Assembly: GCA_021648745.1 (NCBI GenBank)
Contig: JAKISE010000001.1
Location: 10,716 to 74,715, forward strand
Reading direction: 5' to 3'
DNA length: 64,000 nt
From: Cyclobacteriaceae bacterium
GTDB lineage: Bacteria > Bacteroidota > Bacteroidia > Cytophagales > Cyclobacteriaceae
Shown here piece by piece: positions 27,334 to 36,940 of this stretch (its first letter is position 1; the number at the start of each line of letters is the position of its first letter). A model generated the notes under the pieces. The model worked only from the letters and a program-made list of their open reading frames with translations. It had not been told where the DNA came from and made no database searches. Made by a program: the position numbers and the translations under genes.

Positions 27334-28850
27334 TAATAAGATTTCCAAATAAGTCTCACCATTCCTACAGCAACCACTAGCATTAAAAATAAAGCAGGCA
27401 ATCCTCCAAGGTTAGAAAGCATCTTAATGCCATCCAAACCACTAGTTTCAGCATCACCTGAAAAGGAAATCATTACCCAAGCAATGGTGCCGATTAGTAC
27501 GCCCCAAATTACTTTCATCCACAAATAGGGCTCATCATCATTAATTGACTTAGAGCTGATGCCACTCATGGCGGTAGTGTTTGAATCAGCAGCAGTTACA
27601 TAACTTAAAAAGGCTGCTACTAAAAACACGAAAGAAGTAAGTTGAGATAACGGTAAATTGCCAAGAGTTGAGAATATTACTTTGCTAACACCGCCTTCTG
27701 AATTCAATACATTAAATAAAGGAGCAGCTTCAGTAATAGTATTATAATAAATTGAAGTGTTACTAAAAATCATCATCCAAACCATTCCAAATAAAGAGGG
27801 GTAAATGAGATTAAATCGTATAAACTCTCTAACCGTATAACCTTTAGCTATTTTACCCAAAAAAAGTGCTGTAATGGGTGTCCAAGCAAGCCAATTACTC
27901 CAATAGAAAACCGTCCAACCTTGGCTCCAGGCTTTGCCTTCTTCTGTAAAACCAATGAGGCTACGTGAGAAAAAATGGGAGATAAATTCCCAAATTCCTA
28001 TGAATCCCCATTTCAAGATAAACAAGGTTGGTCCAAATACGAATATAAAAATTGCTAAGCCTATAAATATTTTAATGTTAATATCTGAGAGGGTTTTAAT
28101 GCCTTTTTGCAGGCCACTAATAGACGATAAAATAAAGGTGCCTACAATTAAAACAGCCATTAAGCCAAGCGTTAGGTAACTGTACTTTATGCCTGCTAAT
28201 GTTTCTAAACCTCCAGCTAAAATTATTAACCCTGCACCTAAAGATGCGGCCATTCCAGCAATTAAGCTAAATAAACTAATGGCATCTACAACCTTGCCTA
28301 TTGGCCCAATGGCTCTTTCTCCGATGGCAGGGTAAATCATGGCACCCAATGTAAATGGTTGTTTTAAATTATAATAGCTCCAGGCAAATGCGAGCCCAGC
28401 CATCGTGTAGATTCCATACGGTATAAATGTCCAATGCAAGTACATCGTTGAAATGGAAAAACCTATAGCGGCACTTGAATTTGGCTCCAACCCTAGTCCT
28501 GGGGGTGGTTCGTGCAAATGAAATAAAGGTTCAGCTGTTCCCCAGAATAAAATTCCGGTTGCTATGGTGGTACATAAGGTAATGGAAAACCATCTCCATT
28601 TAGTTAATAAAGGACTTGCTTCTTGACCTCCAATTTTGTTTTTTCCTAAAGGAGAAAAATAGGCAATGATAGATAACGATAAGAAAACTAATACACTGAC
28701 GGAAATCAATTCGCCAAATGTGGATAAAATCCAAGTATTGATTTTTGTTGTGAGTTGGATAAACCCATTAGTGTTCCCTAAACTGTAGCCTGTTACCACT
28801 AGCATTAGAATAAAAATAGGCCAGAATACGGAGTGTTGAATTCTTTTCAA
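27333..28850 (-). CDS. BCCT-family (betaine/carnitine/choline) transporter
   Basis: WTVFYWSNWLAWTPITALFLGKIAKGYTVREF BCCT signature. Multi-TM protein. Confidence 0.85.
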   Translation of the reverse strand: MKRIQHSVFWPIFILMLVVTGYSLGNTNGFIQLTTKINTWILSTFGELISVSVLVFLSLSIIAYFSPLGKNKIGGQEASPLLTKWRWFSITLCTTIATGILFWGTAEPLFHLHEPPPGLGLEPNSSAAIGFSISTMYLHWTFIPYGIYTMAGLAFAWSYYNLKQPFTLGAMIYPAIGERAIGPIGKVVDAISLFSLIAGMAASLGAGLIILAGGLETLAGIKYSYLTLGLMAVLIVGTFILSSISGLQKGIKTLSDINIKIFIGLAIFIFVFGPTLFILKWGFIGIWEFISHFFSRSLIGFTEEGKAWSQGWTVFYWSNWLAWTPITALFLGKIAKGYTVREFIRFNLIYPSLFGMVWMMIFSNTSIYYNTITEAAPLFNVLNSEGGVSKVIFSTLGNLPLSQLTSFVFLVAAFLSYVTAADSNTTAMSGISSKSINDDEPYLWMKVIWGVLIGTIAWVMISFSGDAETSGLDGIKMLSNLGGLPALFLMLVVAVGMVRLIWKSY

Positions 28851-29120
28851 GAGGAGGAGGATGTTTTACTTTATAAACATAGTGTATTTCTCGCTGAATT
28901 CTGACTAATTAGTTACTCAGTAAACTTCAATGAAAGGCAATTGATTTATAGCATGCCAAAGTATAAATTTTAACCCTTAGCTATTTTATTGGGTAATGGT
29001 AAACAAAGAGCTTTCATTTTATTAAATCAGGATTCTTCACTTCGTTCTTTCTATGAAGACTAGAAACATTGCTTGATGAAATGGATGAATTGAGGACTTA
29101 GTTTATTAACTTAACAGCTG

Positions 29121-29294
29121 TTAAACCCGAAATATGCAATAGAAATTCTATTACTAATACAAACTGCTGCAAATCAGTCGTTTTACTAAGTTTATCCTCT
29201 TAACCATAGCGGTGCTATGCTTTTTGAATATAAACTTCTGATTTATTGCATTTTGTCTTCTCATTACGAATTCTATTGCATAATCCGGGTTAAA
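29121..29294 (+). mobile_element. MITE-2 (~174 bp), copy 1
   Basis: TIRs TTAAACCCGAAATATGCAATAGAA / TTCTATTGCATAATCCGGGTTAAA. Collinear with the reverse complement of 59078-59250, including the central hairpin CATAGC-GGT-GCTATG. Ends 12 nt before the downstream ATG. Confidence 0.7.
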
Positions 29295-29306
29295 CCCCAG
29301 AAAATA

Positions 29307-30629
29307 ATGAAAAAAGTAAAGCAATTGTTTCTAATTATAATTTTTTTCAGTGCCATAAAAGTAAGTGCGCAAGAGTTTAATAGAGCAAAAATGGATAGCC
29401 TTTTCGCTCGAATTGACGAACACCAGAAAGGAATGGGATCTATCGCTATTTATAAGGGTGACTCAGAGGTGTATCAGAAGTCTATTGGTTTTGCAAGTAT
29501 AGCAGATAAAAATAAAGCAAGTGTAGAGACCAAATATAGAATTGGTTCTATATCCAAAACGTTTACAGCTACCATAATTATGCAGCTTATAAATGATGGA
29601 AAATTAGAATTAAGCACAAAATTAAGTAGCTATTATCCTGAGATTAAGAACTCTAGTGAGATAAGCATCGAACATTTGTTAAGGCATCGTAGTGGAATCT
29701 TTAATTTTACAAATGCACAGAATTACACTTCATGGATGGAGAAACCGATTTCGAAACAAGCATTGACTAGTAAAATTGCCACTTATGAATCTGTATTTAA
29801 ACCAAACACTAAGGCTGAGTACTCAAACTCAAATTATGTGTTACTCTCCTTCATCGCAGAAAAAATTAAGTCAAAAGAGTTTAGCGAAATAATACAAAAA
29901 CAAATTTGTAAACCTTGTGCTCTCAAAAACACTTATTATGGCTCTAAAATTTCTGTGGCTAATAATGAGGCATTGTCATACACAAAATTAACTAATTGGG
30001 ACCTATCAACTGAAACCGATATGTCTGTTCCCGTTGGAGCAGGAGCTATTGTATCAACACCATCTGACTTGAACTTATTCTTAAACTGTTTATTTAACAA
30101 CAAGCTAGTTAATGAAGAAACATTGGCAAAAATGATGGAGATTCAGGACGGTTATGGAATTGGATTATTGCGAGTTCCATTTTATACAAAATACACCTAT
30201 GGCCACACAGGAGGTATTGATGGGTTTCGATCAAACGCATTTTATTTCCCGGAGGATAAAGTTTCTATTTCGTATCTATCAAACGGGGTAGTAATGCCTT
30301 TGAACGATATTCTTATTGGTGCATTAAGCATCTACTATGGGTTGGATTTTGAGCTGCCAGAATTTAAGACTGGATTAGAACTTACATCTGAAGAGTTAGA
30401 CAAATACCTAGGTGTGTACTCCAGCCCTACGTTTCCGTTAAAAATTACAATAACAAAAAAAGGTAATGCTTTATTTGCTCAAGCAACAGGGCAGTCGTCA
30501 TTTCCATTGGAGGCGTATGAGATTGATAAATTTAAATTTGACCAAGCTATGCTAAAAATGGAATTTAACCCAAAGGAAAATCAAGTTACCTTACTACAGG
30601 GTGAAGGAAAATTTTTGCTAACAACCTGA
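29307..30629 (+). CDS. Serine hydrolase, beta-lactamase / PBP family (class C-like)
   Basis: Signal peptide from MKKVKQLFLII. SxxK (SISKTF) and YxN (YSNSNY) motifs. The track's start at 29217 lies inside MITE-2 and is rejected. The last two codons (ACC, then the stop TGA) are supplied by the MITE-1B TIR. Confidence 0.8.
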   Translation: MKKVKQLFLIIIFFSAIKVSAQEFNRAKMDSLFARIDEHQKGMGSIAIYKGDSEVYQKSIGFASIADKNKASVETKYRIGSISKTFTATIIMQLINDGKLELSTKLSSYYPEIKNSSEISIEHLLRHRSGIFNFTNAQNYTSWMEKPISKQALTSKIATYESVFKPNTKAEYSNSNYVLLSFIAEKIKSKEFSEIIQKQICKPCALKNTYYGSKISVANNEALSYTKLTNWDLSTETDMSVPVGAGAIVSTPSDLNLFLNCLFNNKLVNEETLAKMMEIQDGYGIGLLRVPFYTKYTYGHTGGIDGFRSNAFYFPEDKVSISYLSNGVVMPLNDILIGALSIYYGLDFELPEFKTGLELTSEELDKYLGVYSSPTFPLKITITKKGNALFAQATGQSSFPLEAYEIDKFKFDQAMLKMEFNPKENQVTLLQGEGKFLLTT

Positions 30630-30886
30630 GTTCGGGATAAGGAATAGCTGCCAGAAAATAAAATAGTAGGTGAGCTTTTTAATATAAAAAGCAAAGATAT
30701 AATGGATTATTTCAAGATTTTTATCTTCAAAAGATTGCCTGCTAGATATTTTCCCTTTGGGCTTTAACGAAACTTCCCTAAACCTCCTTATATTTTCTTG
30801 AATTAACCCGTTAGTCCTACAAAAACCTAAGTTGTTTATGAAAGTTTCGATTAAAGCTGACAGCATTCCTTATCCCGAACTCAGGT
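30624..30886 (+). mobile_element. MITE-1, subfamily B, full-length copy (263 bp)
   Basis: TIRs ACCTGAGTTCGGGATAAGGAAT...ATTCCTTATCCCGAACTCAGGT. 5-bp TSD TAACA (30619-30623 and 30887-30891). Collinear with subfamily A. Confidence 0.85.
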
Positions 30887-31023
30887 TAACAAAGGAATAG
30901 CCCCTTTTTATAACTTTATCGAGGTGACTATACCCCCCCTAAATCATTGGACTACTATCACACTTTTCAACAATTGTTTTGTAGAATTGTGCAACAAATA
31001 AATACTAATCAAACAAGACTAAA

Positions 31024-32382
31024 ATGAAACTACGAATGCTTTGGACACTCCTATTGGCAGTGTTCATAGGAAGTGCGTATGCACAAGAAGGCCGTATTAA
31101 ATTTGAAGAATACGACCTCGACAACGGATTGCATGTTATTCTACATCAGGATAACACAACTCCTATTGTAACGGTATCTGTTCTTTACCATGTAGGTTCC
31201 AAAAACGAACCAAAAGGAAGAACAGGTTTTGCTCACTTTTTTGAACATCTTATGTTCGAAGGGTCTCCTAATATTGAAAGAGGGCAGTTTTTTAAGATTA
31301 TTGAAGCGGCAGGTGGTTCGTTAAATGCTAATACCTCGCACGATAGAACCTTCTATTATGAAACCTTACCTTCTAATCAATTAGAACTTGGACTTTATAT
31401 GGAATCTGAAAGAATGTTGCATGCAAAAATTGATTCTACGGGTATTGCAACCCAAAAAGAGGTGGTAAAGGAAGAAAAAAGGATGCGTATCGATAACCGC
31501 CCTTATATGAGCTTTCAAGAAAAGATGTTTAAAGCGGCTTACCATGGTACTAATTACGAATGGACTCCTATTGGATCATTTGCTGATATAGATGCCGCTA
31601 CCAATCAGGATTTTACAGACTTTTACAACACATTTTATGTGCCTAATAATGCCACGCTTTCAATAGCAGGAGATATTGATAAAGCGCAAGTAAAAGAACT
31701 GGTTGCTAAATATTTTGCTGAAATTAAAAAAGGGACAAGTGAAATTCCAAGGCCAACGATAGTGGCCCCAGATATGGGTGGAGAAGTAAAGGAAGAGGTT
31801 TTTGATAATGTACAACTTTCTGCCGTTATGTATGGCTACAGAATGCCAAAGCAAGGCACGGATGATTATTATGCCTTACAAATGTTAACTACCTTGCTTT
31901 CTGGAGGCCAAAGCTCTCGACTTTATAAAGAGTTGGTAGATAAAGAAGAAATTGCTGCGCAAGTATTTGCTTTTCCGTATTCATTAGAAGAAGGTGGCTT
32001 ATTTATTACTATTGGTTTAGCCAATTTAGGTAAATCCCCAGAAGACTTGGATGCGGCTATGCAAAAGCAAATCGATTTGGTAAAAGAAGAATTAATAAGC
32101 GATACTGAGTATCAAAAGCTGCAGAACCAAATGGAGAACAACTTTGTTTCAAGCAATTCAACCGTGCAAGGTATAGCCGAGAGCTTAGCTGATTATTATG
32201 TGTACTTTGGAGATGCGAACTTAATTAATAGTGAGATAGATCGCTATATGAAGGTTACTAAAGAAGACATTATGAATGTTGCCAAAAAATACTTAACCAA
32301 AGACAATAGGGTTAACCTTTACTACTTACCAAAATCGGCTCAGCAAAAGCCCGAGGATGCAGCAGTAGAAACAGATAACTAA
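31024..32382 (+). CDS. M16-family (pitrilysin) zinc peptidase, active subunit
   Basis: GFAHFFEHLMFEGS (HxxEH). Signal peptide. Confidence 0.85.
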   Translation: MKLRMLWTLLLAVFIGSAYAQEGRIKFEEYDLDNGLHVILHQDNTTPIVTVSVLYHVGSKNEPKGRTGFAHFFEHLMFEGSPNIERGQFFKIIEAAGGSLNANTSHDRTFYYETLPSNQLELGLYMESERMLHAKIDSTGIATQKEVVKEEKRMRIDNRPYMSFQEKMFKAAYHGTNYEWTPIGSFADIDAATNQDFTDFYNTFYVPNNATLSIAGDIDKAQVKELVAKYFAEIKKGTSEIPRPTIVAPDMGGEVKEEVFDNVQLSAVMYGYRMPKQGTDDYYALQMLTTLLSGGQSSRLYKELVDKEEIAAQVFAFPYSLEEGGLFITIGLANLGKSPEDLDAAMQKQIDLVKEELISDTEYQKLQNQMENNFVSSNSTVQGIAESLADYYVYFGDANLINSEIDRYMKVTKEDIMNVAKKYLTKDNRVNLYYLPKSAQQKPEDAAVETDN

Positions 32383-32424
32383 TTAAAATGTTAATCTTCT
32401 AAAATGAAAATCCAACTCTCACAG

Positions 32425-32492
32425 GTCATTCTAAATTTAGTTCAGAATCTTTTATCGAGTTATTTTAGATGCTGAAACGAGTTCAGCATGAC
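32425..32492. repeat. Inverted pair of a ~22-nt intergenic motif (CTGAAnnnnnTTCAGnATGAC type)
   Basis: gtcattctaaatttagttcagaa (32425-32447) against gctgaaacgagttcagcatgac (32471-32492). The second copy is itself a hairpin, atgctgaa-acgag-ttcagcat. Confidence 0.45.
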
Positions 32493-32535
32493 TAAGGGAA
32501 ATTCTCTTTTAGAGTACTATTAAAACAATTTTAAA

Positions 32536-34608
32536 ATGAAAAAAATATTTATATATATACTTGCACTGGGCTTTATTGGCACTGCAAACGCACAAGTGGA
32601 TAGGTCTAAACTACCTGTTCCAGCCCCTGCAAAATCGATTCAAATCGGAGATTATGAGTCGTTTACACTTAAAAATGGAATGAAGGTGTTTGTGGTGGAA
32701 AACCATAAACTACCTCGAGTTACACTTAGCTTAGTATTCGATCACCAACCAGTTATGGAAGTTGATAATGCTGGTTATGTTGATATGGTGGGTACAATGT
32801 TACGTAGAGGCACAACCACTAGAACTAAAGAACAATTGGATGAAGCTATTGATTTTATTGGTGCTAGCTTAGGTGCAAGTGCTACTTCATTATATGCCTC
32901 ATCCCTTACTAAGCACCAAGAAAAATTATTAGAATTAATGTCGGATGTGCTTTTTAATCCTACTTTTCCAGCAGAAGAGTTGGAAAAAATTAAAACCCAA
33001 ACAATCTCTGGTTTAGCAGCTAATAAAGAAGATGCTAACAGTATCTCGGGCAATGTAACTACTGCCTTGGTGTATGGTAAAAATCATCCTTACGGAACGT
33101 TGACCACGGAAGAAACTGTGGGTAACATTAAAATTGAAGACATCAAAAATTATTACCAAACTTATTTTAAGCCTAACATTGCTTATTTAGCAATAGTAGG
33201 GGATATCAATAAAAAAGAAGCTCAGAAGCTGGTGAAGAAATACTTTGCTAAATGGGAACAAGGAGATGTGCCTAGCACAAGCTATGAGATGCCAAAAGCA
33301 CCAGAAAAAACATTTGTAGCTTTGGTTGATAAGCCTTCAGCTGTTCAGTCTGTTATTGATATTACGTATCCTGTTGAGCTAAAAACTGGGACTCCTGATG
33401 TAATTAAAGCAAGAGTCCTAAATCAAATATTAGGAGGGAGTGGTTCTGCTAGGTTATTTACTAATTTAAGAGAAGATAAGGCTTATACCTATGGAGCATA
33501 TTCTTCTTTGAGTAGTGATATGTTAGTGGGGGCATTTAGTGCTTCTGCAAGTGTTAGAAACGAAGTTACAGACAGTGCGTTTAATGAATTTATCCTTGAA
33601 TTGGATAAAATTAGAACGGAGGATGTTTCTGAAGACGAAATCAATTTAGCAAAGAGCTCAATCGCAGGTAGTTTTGCTCGCTCGCTAGAACGCCCTCAAA
33701 CGGTAGCTAGATTTGCAATTAATACAGCTCGTTATAATTTGCCAGAAGGTTATTATGCCAACTATCTTAAAAATGTACAAGCAGTTTCTGTTGCCGATAT
33801 AAAAGCAACAGCTCAAAAATACATTCACCCTGATAAGGCTTATTTTACAGTAGTTGGTAAAGCCTCCGAAATTAAAGATGTACTAAAAGCATTTGGAGAA
33901 GTTAAGTATTTCGATAATTATGGTGTTGAGTACACTCCAAGTGATGCTCCTCAACTGCCAGCAGGCCTAACAGCCGAAAAGGTAATTGCAGATTATGTAA
34001 AAGCCATTGGTGGCGAAGAAGTTATTTCTACTATAAAATCTATTAAAATAGTTAGTGAGGCTGAAATACAAGGCCAGAAATTATCTTTTACATCTATAAA
34101 AGCAAGTCCCAATAAATCATATATTTCTATTTTAATGGGTGGAGCAATGGAAATGCAAAAACAAGTTTTTGATGGCACAAATTATGCTGAATACTCTAGG
34201 GGATCTAAAACACCAGATGATGAGAATAAAGCAAAAGATGCTCTTGTGGATGCCGCTTTTATTCCTGAAATGAATTATGTGGATTTAGGTGTAAAATTAA
34301 CCTTAAAGGGAGCTGAAAAAGTTGGAGATAAATATGCCTATTCAATAGATGTAGTGTATCCTTCGGGTAAAAAAGCAACTAATTATTTCGATATGGAATC
34401 TGGGCTAAAAGTAAGAGTAGCCAACTCTGTAACAACACCACAGGGAGAAATGGTACAGAATGTTGATTATCAAGATTATTCTGCTGAAAACGGTGTGTTA
34501 ATTCCGCATTTAGTAGTAATTCCAATGGGGCCTATGAAATTAGAAGCAAAAGTTACTTCGGTAGAAGTAAATGGCACCATTGATGAGGCTATTTTTAAGA
34601 TAGAATAA
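32536..34608 (+). CDS. M16-family peptidase-like protein, probably the non-catalytic partner
   Basis: Insulinase-like fold similarity and signal peptide. No HxxEH motif. Adjacent to the active M16 gene. Confidence 0.8.
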   Translation: MKKIFIYILALGFIGTANAQVDRSKLPVPAPAKSIQIGDYESFTLKNGMKVFVVENHKLPRVTLSLVFDHQPVMEVDNAGYVDMVGTMLRRGTTTRTKEQLDEAIDFIGASLGASATSLYASSLTKHQEKLLELMSDVLFNPTFPAEELEKIKTQTISGLAANKEDANSISGNVTTALVYGKNHPYGTLTTEETVGNIKIEDIKNYYQTYFKPNIAYLAIVGDINKKEAQKLVKKYFAKWEQGDVPSTSYEMPKAPEKTFVALVDKPSAVQSVIDITYPVELKTGTPDVIKARVLNQILGGSGSARLFTNLREDKAYTYGAYSSLSSDMLVGAFSASASVRNEVTDSAFNEFILELDKIRTEDVSEDEINLAKSSIAGSFARSLERPQTVARFAINTARYNLPEGYYANYLKNVQAVSVADIKATAQKYIHPDKAYFTVVGKASEIKDVLKAFGEVKYFDNYGVEYTPSDAPQLPAGLTAEKVIADYVKAIGGEEVISTIKSIKIVSEAEIQGQKLSFTSIKASPNKSYISILMGGAMEMQKQVFDGTNYAEYSRGSKTPDDENKAKDALVDAAFIPEMNYVDLGVKLTLKGAEKVGDKYAYSIDVVYPSGKKATNYFDMESGLKVRVANSVTTPQGEMVQNVDYQDYSAENGVLIPHLVVIPMGPMKLEAKVTSVEVNGTIDEAIFKIE

Positions 34609-34658
34609 AATCATAATTGATAATTCACAATTATTAATTGTCAATTTTAAAATTGGGT

Positions 34659-34688
34659 TTGCAAGTTTAGAAATAATCCCTATCTTTG
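34659..34688 (+). promoter_or_regulatory. Bacteroidetes-type promoter of rpmH-rnpA
   Basis: TTG (34659-34661), 19-nt spacer, TATCTTTG (34681-34688), which matches -33 TTG / -7 TAnnTTTG. Lies 35 nt upstream of the rpmH ATG. Confidence 0.45.
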
Positions 34689-34722
34689 CAGCCCAGTTTT
34701 AGAATATTCGAATAAGCATATA

Positions 34723-34881
34723 ATGAAAAGAACATACCAACCTTCAGAACGTAAAAGAAGAAACAAGCACGGATTCAGAACAAGAATGGAATCTGCAGCC
34801 GGTCGTTCAGTTTTAGCCAACAGAAGGGCTAAAGGAAGAAAAAAATTAACTGTATCTAGCGAAAAAAGGCATAAAAGATAA
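34723..34881 (+). CDS. rpmH: 50S ribosomal protein L34 (not in the ORF track, below its length cutoff)
   Basis: Own translation: [52 protein letters not shown] (52 aa). Canonical position upstream of rnpA. Confidence 0.9.
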   Translation: MKRTYQPSERKRRNKHGFRTRMESAAGRSVLANRRAKGRKKLTVSSEKRHKR

Positions 34882-34909
34882 TTAGCCTTTAAGCTATTCT
34901 ATTTGTCAA

Positions 34910-35305
34910 ATGGAAGAGTTTGATAAAATAGTTAGGTACACGTTTACGAAAGCAGAAATACTTTCGAGTAAAAAAGATATTCAGGAGCTATTTAAAAATG
35001 GCTCCTCTTTTTATTTATACCCTTTTAAGGTTGTCACTCTTCCAAACCCCGAAGTCGAACAGCATCAAGTGCTTTTTTCGGTACCTAAACGCATTTTTAA
35101 GCACGCTGTGGATCGAAATCTATTAAAACGAAGAATGCGAGAAGCCTACCGTTTGCATAAACACCTGCTGCCAACTGAACTCAAAGTACTCAATATTGCG
35201 TATATTTATACGTCTAAAGAAATATTAGATTATACCTCTATTACAAACCCTTTAGAACAATCGTTAATCCGTATTCATAAACATGTGGCGAAAAACAGCA
35301 AATAA
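34910..35305 (+). CDS. rnpA: Ribonuclease P protein component
   Basis: LLKRRMREAYR RNase P motif. Synteny with rpmH. Confidence 0.85.
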   Translation: MEEFDKIVRYTFTKAEILSSKKDIQELFKNGSSFYLYPFKVVTLPNPEVEQHQVLFSVPKRIFKHAVDRNLLKRRMREAYRLHKHLLPTELKVLNIAYIYTSKEILDYTSITNPLEQSLIRIHKHVAKNSK

Positions 35306-36938
35306 ATCATTACGCGCATTCTTAATTATTGGGGTGATTGGAGTGTTGGTGGCAATGGCCACTCCAAATAATAAATATTTCGAAATAGCCAAGAATCTCG
35401 ATATTTTCGCTACCCTTTTCAAAGAGGTAAATGCTTTTTATGTAGATGAGGTTGATCCTAAAAAAACAATAGAAACTGGCATAAATGCTATGTTAGCTTC
35501 TCTCGACCCTTACACCAATTACATTCCTGAAGAAAAAGCTGCGGATTTCCGAACCATGACTACTGGAGAATATGCCGGCATTGGTTCTTTGATAGGTGTT
35601 ATTGATGATAAAGTGATAATCACCATGCCAAATGAAGGCTTTCCTGCAGAAAAAGCAGGTGTAAAAATTGGAGATCAAATTACAAAAATTAATAATGTAC
35701 CCATTACAAGCACCTCAACTTCTGATGTTAGCAAATTACTAAAAGGCAAACCCGGCACCACAGTAAAATTAGAAGTGTTAAGAAATGGAGAAACAAAAGA
35801 ATTTACAATTACTCGTTCTACCATTGTATTAAAAAATGTGCCCTATTATGGAATGGTTACAGAGAATATTGGATACTTAAAACTTACCGAGTTTACCACC
35901 AATGCTGGCAAAGAAGTTAAACAAGCAGTAAAAAAGTTAAAGGCTAAAGGGGCTACTAGCATAATTTTAGATATTAGAGAAAACCCCGGTGGGCTGTTAT
36001 TCGAAGCGGTAAATATTAGCAATGTGTTTATATCTAAAGGTAATTTAGTGGTAGAAACTAGAGGCAAGCAAGAGGATTGGACACAAGAATATAAAACATT
36101 AGGCGCAGCTACAGATACTGAAATTCCATTAGTAGTGCTAACAAGTAGTGGAAGTGCCTCGGCTTCCGAAATTGTATCAGGCACTTTACAAGACTACGAT
36201 AGAGCCGTGCTTATCGGAAGGAAAACATTTGGCAAGGGCTTGGTTCAAACTACAAGGCAATTACCTTATAATGCACAAGTAAAAGTAACAACCGCCAAGT
36301 ATTATATCCCTAGTGGACGCTGTATTCAAGCCATTGATTACTCGCATAAAAACGAAGATGGGAGTGTTGGTAAAGTACCTGACTCGCTAAAGGTTGCTTT
36401 TAGAACAAAAAAAGGAAGAACCGTGTATGATGGTGGGGGTATTACTCCCGACATTAAAGTGGAGGGTCAATATTTAGCACCCATTACCATTAGCCTATTA
36501 AGCAAAGCCCATATATTTAATTATGCAAACGAATATTTTTATAATCATGCTTCAGCACCTAAACTAGAAGGATTTAGCCTTTCTGAGGTAGAGTATGATT
36601 CCTTTATGACCTGGCTAGAAGGCAAAAACTACGATTATACCACCAAGTTGGAAAAAGCCATTAGCAAATTAGAAGCCAATGAGACTAAAGATCCCATGCT
36701 TGATAAAATTAAGGACAAGCTTGAAATTCTAAAAAAAGAAGTGGCTCATAATAAAGAAAAGGATTTACAGACACATAAAGAAGAGATTAAGAGTCTTCTT
36801 GAGGAAGAAATAATGGGAAGGTATTATTTTATAAGAGGTGAAATCGCTTGTTCAATCACCCACGATAATGATGTAACGGAAGCCATTGCTCTCTTAAACA
36901 ACCCCAACAAATACAATAGCCTTTTAGAACAAAACTAG
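35283..36938 (+). CDS. S41-family C-terminal processing peptidase
   Basis: PDZ region (GFPAEKAGVKIGDQITKIN). SGSASASEI and TFGKGLVQ S41 motifs. Confidence 0.85.
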   Translation: MWRKTANKSLRAFLIIGVIGVLVAMATPNNKYFEIAKNLDIFATLFKEVNAFYVDEVDPKKTIETGINAMLASLDPYTNYIPEEKAADFRTMTTGEYAGIGSLIGVIDDKVIITMPNEGFPAEKAGVKIGDQITKINNVPITSTSTSDVSKLLKGKPGTTVKLEVLRNGETKEFTITRSTIVLKNVPYYGMVTENIGYLKLTEFTTNAGKEVKQAVKKLKAKGATSIILDIRENPGGLLFEAVNISNVFISKGNLVVETRGKQEDWTQEYKTLGAATDTEIPLVVLTSSGSASASEIVSGTLQDYDRAVLIGRKTFGKGLVQTTRQLPYNAQVKVTTAKYYIPSGRCIQAIDYSHKNEDGSVGKVPDSLKVAFRTKKGRTVYDGGGITPDIKVEGQYLAPITISLLSKAHIFNYANEYFYNHASAPKLEGFSLSEVEYDSFMTWLEGKNYDYTTKLEKAISKLEANETKDPMLDKIKDKLEILKKEVAHNKEKDLQTHKEEIKSLLEEEIMGRYYFIRGEIACSITHDNDVTEAIALLNNPNKYNSLLEQN

Positions 36939-36940
36939 CG

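Noticed and set aside
28880-28900. A 10-bp perfect palindrome (actaattagt) upstream of the BCCT transporter as an operator.
   Set aside because: A short AT-rich palindrome is expected by chance in this composition. No second half-site or conservation evidence is available.
29217-29306. A 30-codon N-terminal extension of the serine-hydrolase ORF.
   Set aside because: The extension is encoded inside MITE-2 (29121-29294). A canonical signal peptide starts at the internal MKKVKQ (29307).
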